From the NCBI GenBank assembly GCA_964589975.1, contig CAZPVH010000003.1:5608-69607 (forward strand): 64,000 bases of DNA. The letters run 5' to 3'. Shown piece after piece: positions 38,570 through 49,131 of this stretch; positions within the stretch are counted from its first letter, which is position 1; each line of letters starts with the position of its first letter. Position numbers and translations under genes: made by a program. The notes below the pieces were generated by a model. The model was not told where the DNA came from and ran no database searches. It worked only from the letters and a program-made list of their open reading frames with translations. This stretch comes from an uncultured Candidatus Saccharibacteria bacterium. GTDB lineage: Bacteria; Patescibacteriota; Minisyncoccia; Phycocordibacterales; CSBR16-119.

Positions 38570-41500
38570 TATTTCTCGATTTTTGTTTCCTCACCTCCCC
38601 ATTTAATTTCTTTGATTCCGGCGGTTTTCTTTAGCTCGTCTTCAAAGCCGCTAATTATATCCTTCTGGCTTTCTGGAATGGTTAGATTTACGAGATCGCT
38701 TGGTGACAAATTCTGATCCTTTCGCATACCTTGTACGCCTCGCAAGAACTTTCGGAAATCACCCTCACGCCTCAACTCTGGTGTAATCTCATGATTAAGC
38801 AATGTGGTTGTAGTCAAATTTCCATCGAAAATAACTTTTCTAACATTTAATTCCTCACTTACAACTACTGCCGTACCCCCGGAGAGAGAAATTACAGAAC
38901 TTATGCTTTCAAGCGGTTGACTAACTTCAATTCCTGCTTTTTTGCGCTCTTGTAAACCATTTGTGACTACTACTCTGGCGTCCCTCATCTCATCGATAAC
39001 TCTTTGATCAACTTTTTTACTTTCGGGCCATTTCGCAAGATGTACACTTTCGACATCATTCGACAATTTGAGCTTCTGCCAAATGTCCTCTGCTGCAAAA
39101 GGCGCGAATGGAGCCATAAGTTTGGCGACATCAACAAGTACCGCGTAAAGCGTGCGCTTTGCATCAGCATCTCCATCCTTGAGCCTGTCTCGAGAACGTC
39201 GTAGATACCAAGTTGATAGATCGTCGATAAAATCTCGAAGTGCTCTGACAGGTTCAAGAAGCTTGTAGTTATCGAGATTTTCCGTCATCGAGTTCGTAAG
39301 CTCTTTCAGCCGCTCCATAATCCAGATATCGAGCACATTGGAACTCTTCGGAACTTCGGAAGTCTCCAGGCTCTTGTCGCGGTAAAGCTCATAAAAGGCC
39401 AAAACGTTATAGAAAAGATTAAAAACTTTATTTCGAAGCTCAGCCACGGTCTTCTCGTCAAAGTTCTTCGAATCTCCCGGCTGGTTCACCGAATACATCC
39501 AGAGGCGAAGCGTATCAACGCCATATTTGTCCATCATTTCCCAAGGATTGACGATGTTTCCGATAGACTTCGACATCTTCTTTCCTTTCGAGTCCAGGAT
39601 GTGCCCCAAGCAGATACAGTTTTTGTAAGCCTGGCCTTTGCCCATGAGGACGCCAACGGCGTGGAGCGTATAGAACCATCCACGAGTTTGGTCGACGGCT
39701 TCAGAAATGAAATCTGCTGGATAACCCGCACCATCAACATATTCTTTATTCTCAAACGGATAGTGGTGTTGAGCAAAAGGCATGGCGCCGGAATCGAACC
39801 AGACATCCATAACTTCTTTTACTCGACGAAATTCCTTTCCATTTTTAACGAGCACGACGTCGTCGATAAATGGACGATGAAGATCAAATTCCTTTTTCGT
39901 GCGAGTGTCTACATATACTGGAAACACTTCCCCGTTTTCGATTTCATGGAAAAGATGCTCCGCGGCATAGTCGTTGCCGAAGCCGCGCAACAGTTTGATT
40001 CCCATTTCATCTGTACCCTGATGAGCAAAACAAACAATAGTCTTGCCAGCATGTTTTTCAATTATATCCTCGAGGAAATCCTTGACCCTGACCTGCAGGT
40101 CTGCCCAGCTCTCGCCTGTGCCTCCACGCTTGAAAACAAATCTCTCATCGGGAGTCATTGCCTTATAGGCGTCGCGCTCAGCTTTGATGCTTGGGTCATG
40201 CTGAGTCTTTTCTTCCCAATTACCACTGCTGATTTCGGCAAGGCGCTCATCCGTGATCATTTCCTTACCGGACAATTTCAAATACGGCTCAGCAGTTTGT
40301 CTGGCACGGAGAATTGGCGAACAATAGACAACGTCAATATCATGGTCGGTAAGCTTCTTGGCCGTTTCTTTTGCCTGCTTTTGTCCGAGTTCAGTCAATG
40401 GATGAGCTTCGCGAGCACTCGAAGAAACCAGGCCAACATTGGCATCTGACTGTCCGTGGCGAACAAAAATTATTTTAGTTATGGATTGCTTGGTATGTTT
40501 CTTGAGTTCCTCGACGCTTCCGACAACCCACTTCTCACCATCTTCGGCTACCCAAACCGGAAGAGGCGTGCCCCAATAACGCTCACGAGAAATAGCCCAG
40601 TCTTTGATTTCGCGTAGCCATTCGCCAAAACGACCTTCTTTGATATGAGACGGTTCCCAGTTAATTTTTTCGTTTTCTTTCACCAGCTCGTCACGAAGCT
40701 CGGACATACGGATGTACCAAGAATCTCGCGCATAATATATGAGCGGAGTTTTACATCGCCAGCAGTGCGGATATGTGTGTTCGTAGTTTTTCTTTCCAAA
40801 AAATAGTCCACGTGCGGTAAGGTCGTTTATAACATCGACGGCAAGTGTTGGTTTGCCGTTTTCGTCTTTCTCCATTGCAAATCGTCCAGAGAAAAAGGAA
40901 GTTTCAGGAAGAAACTTTCCATCAACGCCGACAACGTGTTCTTTCGGAAGACCAACTTTCGTCCCAAGCTCGAAGTCATCCTGTCCGTACATGGGCGCAA
41001 TGTGCACAATTCCTGTTCCGTCTTCGGTGGTGACGAAGTCGGCTGAGTAAACTTTATGAGATTTATCGTTTGGTTTGATGAAGTCGTAAAGGGGCTCATA
41101 TGAAAGACCGACAAGATCTGAACCTTTCACTTCCCCAATAACTTCATAACCATCTTTTAGAGCCTCAATTCGACTCTTGGCAATGATTAGAATCTCTTCT
41201 CCAACCTTGGCCTTTACATAATCAATCTTTCCGCCAACTGCCAACGCGACATTTCCAGGCAGCGTCCAAGGTGTAGTAGTCCAAGCAAGAACATAAGTGT
41301 TCTCTTCCCCTAGAACTTTAAACTTCACGAATATCGAAAGATCTTTTACATCTTCATACCCCTGCGCAAGCTCATGCGACGCAAGTGGTGTTCCGCAACG
41401 TGAGCACCATGGCACGATTCTATAATCTTTATAAAGTAGTCCACGTTCATTTACTTTTGCCAAAACATTCCAAAGAGACTCGATGTATGAATTGTCGAAT

Positions 41501-41952
41501 GTGAAATATGCATTCTTCTTGTCTACCCAGTAGCCGATACGGTCAGTAAAGTCTTCCCAGTCCTTGATGTATTGAAAAACGGATTCCTTGCACTCCTTAT
41601 TAAACTTCTCAATTCCGTATTCTTCGATAGCTTTTTTCGAGTTAAGTCCTAGTTTCTTTTCAATCTGAAGTTCCACCGGGAGTCCGTGAGTATCCCAACC
41701 GCCCTGACGACGCACATGAAAGCCTTGCATAGTTTTATAGCGTGGGATCACGTCCTTGAAAGCCCGAGCTTCCAAGTGATGTAGTGCTGGTTTCGCGTTC
41801 GCTGTCGGAGGTCCTTCGAAAAAGACGAATTCACCAGAAGGGCTTTCCTTTTGGAGGGTTTTATCAAAAATCTTATTGTCCTGCCAAAATTTTAGGACTT
41901 CTTCTTCCTTCCGAGCCGTGTCGGATTTTAGTTCCGGTTCCTTTTCCATCAT
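38569..41952 (-). CDS. ileS: Isoleucyl-tRNA synthetase (type 2) with inserted histidine-phosphatase domain
   Basis: EGPPTAN, GWDTHGLP, DWAISRERYWGTPLP, DQTRGWFY, KMSKS; insert with FVRHGQS. Confidence 0.95.
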   Translation of the reverse strand: MMEKEPELKSDTARKEEEVLKFWQDNKIFDKTLQKESPSGEFVFFEGPPTANAKPALHHLEARAFKDVIPRYKTMQGFHVRRQGGWDTHGLPVELQIEKKLGLNSKKAIEEYGIEKFNKECKESVFQYIKDWEDFTDRIGYWVDKKNAYFTFDNSYIESLWNVLAKVNERGLLYKDYRIVPWCSRCGTPLASHELAQGYEDVKDLSIFVKFKVLGEENTYVLAWTTTPWTLPGNVALAVGGKIDYVKAKVGEEILIIAKSRIEALKDGYEVIGEVKGSDLVGLSYEPLYDFIKPNDKSHKVYSADFVTTEDGTGIVHIAPMYGQDDFELGTKVGLPKEHVVGVDGKFLPETSFFSGRFAMEKDENGKPTLAVDVINDLTARGLFFGKKNYEHTYPHCWRCKTPLIYYARDSWYIRMSELRDELVKENEKINWEPSHIKEGRFGEWLREIKDWAISRERYWGTPLPVWVAEDGEKWVVGSVEELKKHTKQSITKIIFVRHGQSDANVGLVSSSAREAHPLTELGQKQAKETAKKLTDHDIDVVYCSPILRARQTAEPYLKLSGKEMITDERLAEISSGNWEEKTQHDPSIKAERDAYKAMTPDERFVFKRGGTGESWADLQVRVKDFLEDIIEKHAGKTIVCFAHQGTDEMGIKLLRGFGNDYAAEHLFHEIENGEVFPVYVDTRTKKEFDLHRPFIDDVVLVKNGKEFRRVKEVMDVWFDSGAMPFAQHHYPFENKEYVDGAGYPADFISEAVDQTRGWFYTLHAVGVLMGKGQAYKNCICLGHILDSKGKKMSKSIGNIVNPWEMMDKYGVDTLRLWMYSVNQPGDSKNFDEKTVAELRNKVFNLFYNVLAFYELYRDKSLETSEVPKSSNVLDIWIMERLKELTNSMTENLDNYKLLEPVRALRDFIDDLSTWYLRRSRDRLKDGDADAKRTLYAVLVDVAKLMAPFAPFAAEDIWQKLKLSNDVESVHLAKWPESKKVDQRVIDEMRDARVVVTNGLQERKKAGIEVSQPLESISSVISLSGGTAVVVSEELNVRKVIFDGNLTTTTLLNHEITPELRREGDFRKFLRGVQGMRKDQNLSPSDLVNLTIPESQKDIISGFEDELKKTAGIKEIKWGGEETKIEK

Positions 41953-42066
41953 TTGAATTTAACATAAAAGCAAACTTTTCAGAAGCCAAAAGATTCTGGT
42001 TTAACAGTATTTCTAGTATATTGACTTTTATACAATAGTATGATATAAAACACCAAAACCTACACT

Positions 42067-42411
42067 ATGCCCATTGAAGGAAACCTCACACGCGTAAAGA
42101 CCGAAAATGACAATTATCTGGTCTTTCTGACAAACGAAAGCGGAGAGCCATTCGGAAAAGCCTGCTACGCAACTCCGGAAGGCGTGCTCATAGAGCGAAC
42201 CAAGCGCGGCGCCCTGTCCGAAACCAACCGAGCAAAGAAGACCTGGGGCGAGGCCTACCAGGAAGAGCGCGTGCCCGAAGATGAGCATCAGCGCTTCGCT
42301 ACCCTCTTCTCCGAAGAGCCCCAGTTGCATTCATTTGGCCCAAACGTGAAGGAAGGCCCATTCGCCAAACTTGGCGCCATGCTCCAAGACGAGCAAGACA
42401 GCATCCACTGA
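42067..42411 (+). CDS. Orphan protein
   Basis: TTGACT-17-TATAAA, leader ACACCAAAACCTACACT, terminator 42419-42441. Confidence 0.7.
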   Translation: MPIEGNLTRVKTENDNYLVFLTNESGEPFGKACYATPEGVLIERTKRGALSETNRAKKTWGEAYQEERVPEDEHQRFATLFSEEPQLHSFGPNVKEGPFAKLGAMLQDEQDSIH

Positions 42412-42489
42412 CAAACGACAGCCCCGCAATTCGCGGGGCTGGCTTGTTTTTAGATGAGAGGCAGGTTATAAATGAAAAAACGACAGCAC

Positions 42490-42744
42490 ATGGTTTCCAG
42501 GAACAAAGCATGGCAATGCGTCTTGCGCTTCCTGAGGCAGCGCCGACGCCGGGAGTGCTTACGGAAAGCAGTAAGAAGCATCTTCTACAACAGGCCGAGC
42601 CGGGGCTTCGACTTCGTCAGGTATTTCATGCATGAGGGAAACTTCACAACCCTCAAACACGCCTTCGACAATTTCTATGGGAGAGCTATGCGAACTTCCG
42701 CTTTCCGCAAGCTCTTCAATAAGAATATCCGCAACATAGCGTAA
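42490..42744 (+). CDS. Basic orphan protein (84 aa)
   Basis: TTGTTT-17-TATAAA and leader AAAAAACGACAGCAC favour start MVSRNK. Confidence 0.5.
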   Translation: MVSRNKAWQCVLRFLRQRRRRECLRKAVRSIFYNRPSRGFDFVRYFMHEGNFTTLKHAFDNFYGRAMRTSAFRKLFNKNIRNIA

Positions 42745-42751
42745 AGCCGGG

Positions 42752-43303
42752 TCATGGACCCGGCTTTCTGCTTTTCCAAAATTGTTGCACGTATCGCTTC
42801 GGTCGCCCCACTTCGAACCGGAGGAATTCCTTGAAGTAACAGAAGCGAGAAAACCTGCCCGGTCTAATACCCTCGGCAGGATAACATGAAAGCTCGTGAA
42901 GCTTCAGTCCATCGACAGAATAGAGACTATGGCGAGTGTACCTCTTCCAGATCTCCTCATTGTCTTCAGGATCAAGATCTTCGATCAAAATCGAAGGATC
43001 TCTCATCCCGAGCACGTAACCACTGAACTCTGCCAGACTGATAAGAGCCAAGAGATACTGTTCTCTTGCCGCCATCATCTTTTTGAATTCCGGACGTTTG
43101 CGAAAAAGTCCTGTTTGACTGCTGAAAGGATCGTCCGCTCTTTCACGCTGCATGTCAGTCGTGAATTCGATACTTCGGTCAAATGTGTAGACCTCCTTCG
43201 CTTTCACCAAGTTTTCGTAGAGGCCAGCGCGAACCCTGTCCAAGAAAGACAGGTATCTGTACCATATGATCATGCAAAGAATCAAGGGGCCAAAGTAAAT
43301 CAT
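42752..43303 (-). CDS. Orphan protein with N-terminal TM
   Basis: TTGACA directly after the argS stop, TAAGAT, leader AAAAAACCAAAGAG. Confidence 0.65.
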   Translation of the reverse strand: MIYFGPLILCMIIWYRYLSFLDRVRAGLYENLVKAKEVYTFDRSIEFTTDMQRERADDPFSSQTGLFRKRPEFKKMMAAREQYLLALISLAEFSGYVLGMRDPSILIEDLDPEDNEEIWKRYTRHSLYSVDGLKLHELSCYPAEGIRPGRFSRFCYFKEFLRFEVGRPKRYVQQFWKSRKPGP

Positions 43304-43348
43304 CTCTTTGGTTTTTTACCATCTTAAGTTTTTTATCATCAATGTCAA

Positions 43349-45016
43349 TTACATCCTCTCTGGAGCTTTCATCCCTAGGAGATTAAGGCCGTTTTGGATA
43401 GTTTGGCCGACAGATTTGGCAATAGATAGGTTATAACCAGCGTTTGGATTTTCTGAGTCAATAATTTTCGTATTGGCGTACCAACTGTTAAAAGCACGGC
43501 AGAGGTCGAGGAGATACACCGCCACATGATGCGGCGCAAAGTCCGATATCGAAGTCTCGACAATTTCTGGGAAACGGTAAATAAGTTTTTCGACTTCAGT
43601 AACTTCCCTATCAGCTTTCGGAGTACCAACTTTGATTCCTATCTCCCCTGCTTTTACAAGAATAGAATTTATTCGTGCATTGGTGTACTGGAGATATGGT
43701 CCAGAGTCACCTTCAAATGACAGTGACGTTTCTGGATCGAAATTTATATTCTGTCCGGGCTTTGATTTAAGAATTGAAAACTTTATAGCGCCAATAGCAA
43801 TCATGTCTAAAGTTTCCGGAGAAAGTTCTCTATCACCTGATTTTTCTTTTACTTCTTCTAGAATTGTACTCAGTATTTCTGTCGCAAGAGGGACTCCGCC
43901 AAGTCTGGAAGACATCTTCTGACCCTTGAAACTCATACGTCCGTGTGGAACATGGTGACTATTCTCTGCCCACAACGCATTAATTTTCTTCGCCGAGTCG
44001 AGAACAATATCGAAATGCGGAACCTGCTGATAGTCAGTTACGAAAACTGAAACATCAGGACTATATTTATCAAATTTAATTTTTAGAAGGCCCAGATCTT
44101 TCGCTTCATATGTTGGGTTACCTTGGCTGTTCACGAATACAGCAGTATTTAGATGCTTATCTGCTTCATTTGGTATGTAAACAATAGCCCCTTCGCTTTC
44201 GGTAAAAATAGCTGGAGTGTTTTGTCTAACCAATTCTCCGCCAACGACACCGGCCTCACTCTCAAATATATAGTCGTTGAAATGTGATCCGAGTCTTTTT
44301 GTCACTTCTTCGAAATATCTAATATTGAAATCTTTACACGCTTCAAAAAGAGAAAATTCTGGCGAAGATTTACTTGAGTACAAATTATCCGCAATCTCTT
44401 TAACCTTGACTTGAATACTCTCGTCTACTTCGTAGCGCTTCGTACCTTCTACATATGCGTCGCCAAGCATTTCAATAGTAAAATCGGATGCATTTTTTTC
44501 AAGAAGTATGAAAATTGCCTTAGCGATACCAAGTGAAATATCGGACGGGAATGTAAGGGACGTAACATCCGCACCACTTGCCTTCATGAGTCGGTATAGC
44601 GATTCACCAATGGCATTGTTCATCATGTGACCAATGTGAAATGGCTTGAAAAGGTTAGGACTCGAATGTTCAACCAGAATTTTCTTTCCCTTATGAATTT
44701 CAATATTCCCAAAATCTGAACCTATATTAGAAACAGCATCCGCAAAAAACTTCGGCGTGAGATAAAAATTTATGAATCCCGGACCAGCGACTTCTACGTT
44801 CTCTACTGTTTCGTCAGTGGTGATACTCTCAGCAATCTTTTGAGCAACCTCTTTCGGACTCATGCCGAGTTTTTTCCCAAGTATCATGGCGACGTTCACC
44901 GCGTATTCCCCGTGGGCAAAATCTACTGGATGCTCAATAGCAAAGTTGGGCGCTTCCCATCCAAGAGACTCGAGTGCTTTCAATACCAAATTCCTGATGT
45001 GATTTCTAGCTTCCAT
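43349..45016 (-). CDS. argS: Arginyl-tRNA synthetase
   Basis: AGPGFINF, VEHSSPN..KPFHIGH, KMSSRLG, GPYLQY. Confidence 0.97.
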   Translation of the reverse strand: MEARNHIRNLVLKALESLGWEAPNFAIEHPVDFAHGEYAVNVAMILGKKLGMSPKEVAQKIAESITTDETVENVEVAGPGFINFYLTPKFFADAVSNIGSDFGNIEIHKGKKILVEHSSPNLFKPFHIGHMMNNAIGESLYRLMKASGADVTSLTFPSDISLGIAKAIFILLEKNASDFTIEMLGDAYVEGTKRYEVDESIQVKVKEIADNLYSSKSSPEFSLFEACKDFNIRYFEEVTKRLGSHFNDYIFESEAGVVGGELVRQNTPAIFTESEGAIVYIPNEADKHLNTAVFVNSQGNPTYEAKDLGLLKIKFDKYSPDVSVFVTDYQQVPHFDIVLDSAKKINALWAENSHHVPHGRMSFKGQKMSSRLGGVPLATEILSTILEEVKEKSGDRELSPETLDMIAIGAIKFSILKSKPGQNINFDPETSLSFEGDSGPYLQYTNARINSILVKAGEIGIKVGTPKADREVTEVEKLIYRFPEIVETSISDFAPHHVAVYLLDLCRAFNSWYANTKIIDSENPNAGYNLSIAKSVGQTIQNGLNLLGMKAPERM

Positions 45017-45019
45017 ATA

Positions 45020-46249
45020 TTAGATATCTTTCATGATAATAGAATTTTGCCCAGCTAGTATCCAGTGTTTTTTGTCCTTTGTTACTTTTAGATTATTGAG
45101 CCATGCGTCTTCGATATAAATTACCTTTTCGACGCCGTCATTGAAATCGAGATGTATAACCTCAGTTTTCTGATTCTCGAAAGATCCTTTCCTTAAATAC
45201 ATTATTTTCGTTGGACTTATTACTTGAACATATTCTCGTGAAAAATTGTCATCGAACGCGCGACGCTGCAGAGTCTTGCCATTCTGGTCAACAATCTTTG
45301 CCACACTGAGTGGTTCCATCTCTCCCGGACCGTCTATCTCCTCCCCCACCATTGCGATTAGTTTAAGCTCCTGATCAAGCTCTACTCCGCCCATAAGCAT
45401 GCCCGAGGTCTCGCCGATATCCGCCACGAATTTGTTTGGCACATCAACTATGTAATCAAATGACCCATCGTCAAATCCGGCATTTACCCTAGCAATCTTT
45501 TCTGGCTCTATCCATTCAGCAAACCGCAGAGTCGACGACGGCATATCTATTCCAAGATTTGTATCGGCAGTTTTTGTTTGAGTGTCCCAAATGGCCAAGA
45601 TTCGTCCACGACCTGCTTCATATAGATTATCGATGGAGTTTTCTTGGTAGCCGAGTATACGTTTTGAGTCGCTGTACCATGCGTAGGCACCGTCGTACTG
45701 TTTGTCTGAGATTGTAGAAATTGTTTTAGCTCCTAGGTCGATTACACGAATACCCTTGTTCGTGTTATAAGCAAACTTCTTCTCGTCTGGTGAAAAGAAT
45801 CCTGTAAACGTCATATTCGCATCTGCATAGCTGTCTACTTTGCCGTCCGAAAGACGTGTGATGAAAATCTTGTCATTCTCTACGGACGCAAGCATGTTGC
45901 TGGAGCTCCATAATCCGAGCGGAGACCCGGGGATTTCCCACACTCTTCCGTCAGAGAGATCTGCAATGAAAATCATATTGTCGAATCGTGTCCCCTCTTC
46001 AAAGACTCCCCCAAACATAAGATAACTTTCATCTGGCGATAACTCCAAGTATCCGCCAAGCTTGTTTATCCCGAGGCCTAGCTCCGTAACCGGACGATTC
46101 CAAATATTTGCTTTTGCATTAAAGCCTTCATTTTTGGCAGGTTTTTCTTCGGTAGGAACAGGTGTCTCCACTTCAGTATTTTTAAAATACCTGAAGCCGA
46201 AAAAAGCGACAACTGCAATGACGACAATTGTTAGGATTGATTTAATCAT
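45020..46249 (-). CDS. Membrane-anchored beta-propeller-like protein
   Basis: N-terminal anchor; SPDE/SPDEKK/WYSDSK repeats. Confidence 0.7.
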   Translation of the reverse strand: MIKSILTIVVIAVVAFFGFRYFKNTEVETPVPTEEKPAKNEGFNAKANIWNRPVTELGLGINKLGGYLELSPDESYLMFGGVFEEGTRFDNMIFIADLSDGRVWEIPGSPLGLWSSSNMLASVENDKIFITRLSDGKVDSYADANMTFTGFFSPDEKKFAYNTNKGIRVIDLGAKTISTISDKQYDGAYAWYSDSKRILGYQENSIDNLYEAGRGRILAIWDTQTKTADTNLGIDMPSSTLRFAEWIEPEKIARVNAGFDDGSFDYIVDVPNKFVADIGETSGMLMGGVELDQELKLIAMVGEEIDGPGEMEPLSVAKIVDQNGKTLQRRAFDDNFSREYVQVISPTKIMYLRKGSFENQKTEVIHLDFNDGVEKVIYIEDAWLNNLKVTKDKKHWILAGQNSIIMKDI

Positions 46250-46779
46250 TTATCTTTCAGTAAATCTTTGTGCTCCTTCGTGAGTTTCTGAAGCTTTGGT
46301 GTGATGACTATCTGGCAATACATCTTGTCTTTGTTCTTTGCAAAATAATCTCGGTGGTAATCTTCGGCTGGATAAAAATCATCGGCTAGTGCAACTTCTG
46401 TCACAATGGATTTTCCATCTGAAAGTTTCGCACCATGCTCCTTGATTTTTTCTTCTATTACTTCTTTCTGGGTATGGTCGGTGTAAAATATTGCGGAACG
46501 GTATTGGCTGCCAACGTCGGCGCCTTGGCGGTCGAGCGTTGTAGGATCATGACTATCAAAGAAAACATCGAGGATGGCTTCGGTTGAAACATGCTGACTG
46601 TCATATTCCACTTTTACGACTTCGGCATGACCGGTATTTCCGGAACAGACTTGTTCATAGGTCGGATTTGCAACATGTCCGCCCAGATATCCTGGGGTCA
46701 CGGAGAGTACGCCATGGAGAGCACGAAATACCGCCTCAGTACACCAGAAACATCCACCGGCTAGATAAATGGTCTCCAT
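46246..46779 (-). CDS. msrA: Peptide methionine sulfoxide reductase A
   Basis: AGGCFWC, GHAEVV, QYRSAIF, AEDYH. Confidence 0.97.
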   Translation of the reverse strand: METIYLAGGCFWCTEAVFRALHGVLSVTPGYLGGHVANPTYEQVCSGNTGHAEVVKVEYDSQHVSTEAILDVFFDSHDPTTLDRQGADVGSQYRSAIFYTDHTQKEVIEEKIKEHGAKLSDGKSIVTEVALADDFYPAEDYHRDYFAKNKDKMYCQIVITPKLQKLTKEHKDLLKDK

Positions 46780-46805
46780 GTGCTCAGTTTATCATAAATC
46801 AAGAC

Positions 46806-47309
46806 TCAAATCTTCCTGCTATCATACGCCCAATGGAGGATGGCCTGACGCTGGCGGGGACGGCATGTCATATCCCCGACTCTGCAATTATTGGATACCT
46901 GCGCCATATGCCGGCGGATGGCTTTCCAGCGTTTTATCTGCCTCGCATCTTCAGCCGGAATCCTGCGACCCATATAGTAACGACAATACCACTGAAACCA
47001 CCCACGCGGATCTTCGGGGTAAATCCAGCCTTTCTTTTGCCAAACCGAGAGTGGCTGGCTGGCGTTCATCTTGAAAAGATTAATTTCCTTATCACGTGGG
47101 CCTGTGGCAAACTTGGCCCGAGCAAACCACGACTCTGGGAACTCTTTCGTACAGTCGCGCATATACACCCCGCCGAATACACCCAGAGCGAGCATCTCCG
47201 CAGGAGTGAGGTCGGGCTTGAAGTCGGGCGCGAAGTTCCGTCCCGCGGGCTCAGTAAGATTGTACTTATAGCCCTTTTGCATCTTGTCATTTACAACTAC
47301 TTTTTTCAT
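46806..47309 (-). CDS. Conserved hypothetical protein
   Basis: LTPAEML.LGVFGG.Y, DPRGWFQWYCRYYMGRR, RQRQAILHWAYD. Confidence 0.8.
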   Translation of the reverse strand: MKKVVVNDKMQKGYKYNLTEPAGRNFAPDFKPDLTPAEMLALGVFGGVYMRDCTKEFPESWFARAKFATGPRDKEINLFKMNASQPLSVWQKKGWIYPEDPRGWFQWYCRYYMGRRIPAEDARQIKRWKAIRRHMAQVSNNCRVGDMTCRPRQRQAILHWAYDSRKI

Positions 47310-47385
47310 GCAGATATTCTATCAAATCGGCCAATTCACCGGTATGATAGAATTGATCCGTTATCAGGTTTAACAAATTTAAATT

Positions 47386-48081
47386 ATGAAAAGTTTTGCA
47401 ACAATATTAGTCCTATTAGTGGTTGTCGTCGGCGGGTACTTCCTATTAAAGGCCGATCCTGACATGCCAACTCCAAACGAAAATACAACTGGCGACGCGC
47501 CGATGAGCGGCGAAAATACTGAAGTTAATGAATCAATAGACGGGACCAAGGAATTTGACACTTCAGCAAGTTCGGCAAAATGGACCGGGTCAAAGACTCT
47601 CATCAAGGATTATTACGATGTCGGCAGCATAAACATCAAAAGCGGTAATGCGGTCTTCACGAACGGAATTCTGACCGGTGGCCAGGTCGTATTCGACATG
47701 AATTCAATAGCTACGACTTCGACAGGCAAAGGAAACGACGCCGACACAACCTCAAAAATGGCCGGACACCTGAAGTCTGATGCATTCTTTGATGTTGCGA
47801 AATATCCGGAAGCAAAGTTTGTCATCACAAGCGCCGCTAAAGAATCAGGCACCACGTACCTAGTTACTGGCGATCTGACAATTAAAGGAAAAACTGCTCC
47901 GGCAAGCTTCCCTGTCCAAGTAACGCAGTCGGCTGATGAAAAGGCTGTAATCTCTGGAACTGCAACCATCGACCGGACTGTTTACGATGTCCGGTTTGGC
48001 TCGACGAAATTCTTCCAGGACCTCGGGGACAACGTAATCAACGACGAATTCACACTCGAGTTCAGGGCAGTGACGAAATAA
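47386..48081 (+). CDS. YceI-family lipid/polyisoprenoid-binding protein
   Basis: GHLKSDAFFDVAKYPEAKF, GDLTIKG, IDRT. Confidence 0.9.
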   Translation: MKSFATILVLLVVVVGGYFLLKADPDMPTPNENTTGDAPMSGENTEVNESIDGTKEFDTSASSAKWTGSKTLIKDYYDVGSINIKSGNAVFTNGILTGGQVVFDMNSIATTSTGKGNDADTTSKMAGHLKSDAFFDVAKYPEAKFVITSAAKESGTTYLVTGDLTIKGKTAPASFPVQVTQSADEKAVISGTATIDRTVYDVRFGSTKFFQDLGDNVINDEFTLEFRAVTK

Positions 48082-48126
48082 GTATCTATAGATAAAAAAG
48101 TTCCCCGCACATCGTGCGGGGTTCTT

Positions 48127-48615
48127 TTATACTGCGTGGTTTTCTACAACCTCAATGCCCATCTCATGCAAACTCCTACGGACAGCTCGTCCATGCGCAT
48201 TGAATTGATTCAGGGCGCTCTTCTCAGAGATCGTTTCGCTGATGAACCTGTTTTCGCGCTCGGTCAACTCGTATAAGTAGCCCCCTCCCTCCCAATCTTC
48301 ATTGAAGATAAAGATGAAGGATTTTTCTGCTCCCCTGTTGAGACCCTTGCAGCGGATCCAGCGTTCCTTCAGGGCGTCTCGGAAGAAGCCTTTGGCCTTC
48401 ATAGAAGTGAGGATCGGCGACAAGCTTGTCAGCTTCAGGATGTCCAGAAAGAGAAGTCTCATCTCTCCCATGTCTTCGTTCGTAACCGAGACTTCTTTGA
48501 AGGGCACATACTCAGGAAACAGATCGATGCTCCGGAGCGTGAGACTCTTCTTACCCTCAGGTGTAATCACTGACACCAGATGAAGCCTTGGGATGCCCCA
48601 CTTATTGTTTTCCAT
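48127..48615 (-). CDS. Orphan protein
   Basis: TTGACA-17-TAGTAT, leader AAAAACCAGCACAA, hairpin 48095-48128. Confidence 0.65.
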   Translation of the reverse strand: MENNKWGIPRLHLVSVITPEGKKSLTLRSIDLFPEYVPFKEVSVTNEDMGEMRLLFLDILKLTSLSPILTSMKAKGFFRDALKERWIRCKGLNRGAEKSFIFIFNEDWEGGGYLYELTERENRFISETISEKSALNQFNAHGRAVRRSLHEMGIEVVENHAV

Positions 48616-48669
48616 TTGTGCTGGTTTTTAGCGATACTACCTTTCACGAACCAGGTTGTCAATAAATAT

Positions 48670-49050
48670 CTAGAGAGGCACCGAGACAAGCGCGAGAATG
48701 ATGAGAAGCGATCCCGCTAACGCAAGATTTTTTGAGAAATTTATCTCATCGCTCATGCGTTCAGCCGCAGAAGAATGCGGGATCTTCCAGAATGCGTGCA
48801 TAGAGAATGCCGTAGCAATAAGAAAGGCAACAAGAAGCCAGAGTCCAACGACAACAGCTACGCCAGTTAGGATAGAAGCTCCGCCCGCGATGAGAAGTAC
48901 GCCGGTAAGCATAACCCCCTCTTTCGCCATTGGTATCTTCTTTGACTGTGCGTACGAAGTCATGCCATGTAGATTTTTGAAATGGTTTATACCGCTCCAA
49001 ATAAAGTATCCGCCCACGAGAATTCTGCCGATGATAAATATGCTGTCCAT
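48670..49050 (-). CDS. DoxX-family membrane protein
   Basis: GRIL...F..SG..H, HAFW, FSKNLALAG. Confidence 0.9.
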   Translation of the reverse strand: MDSIFIIGRILVGGYFIWSGINHFKNLHGMTSYAQSKKIPMAKEGVMLTGVLLIAGGASILTGVAVVVGLWLLVAFLIATAFSMHAFWKIPHSSAAERMSDEINFSKNLALAGSLLIILALVSVPL

Positions 49051-49131
49051 ATTGTTTTGCTTGTTAATTTATAACCTTGGATACATTTTAACATATCCCA
49101 AAGATGAAAGGCCCCACACGGTGGGGCCTCT

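Noticed and set aside
46584-47462. 292-aa plus-strand ORF and other long antisense ORFs (e.g. 39601-40449, 20743-21378, 51408-52040)
   Set aside because: Shadows of well-supported opposite-strand genes with no recognisable motifs
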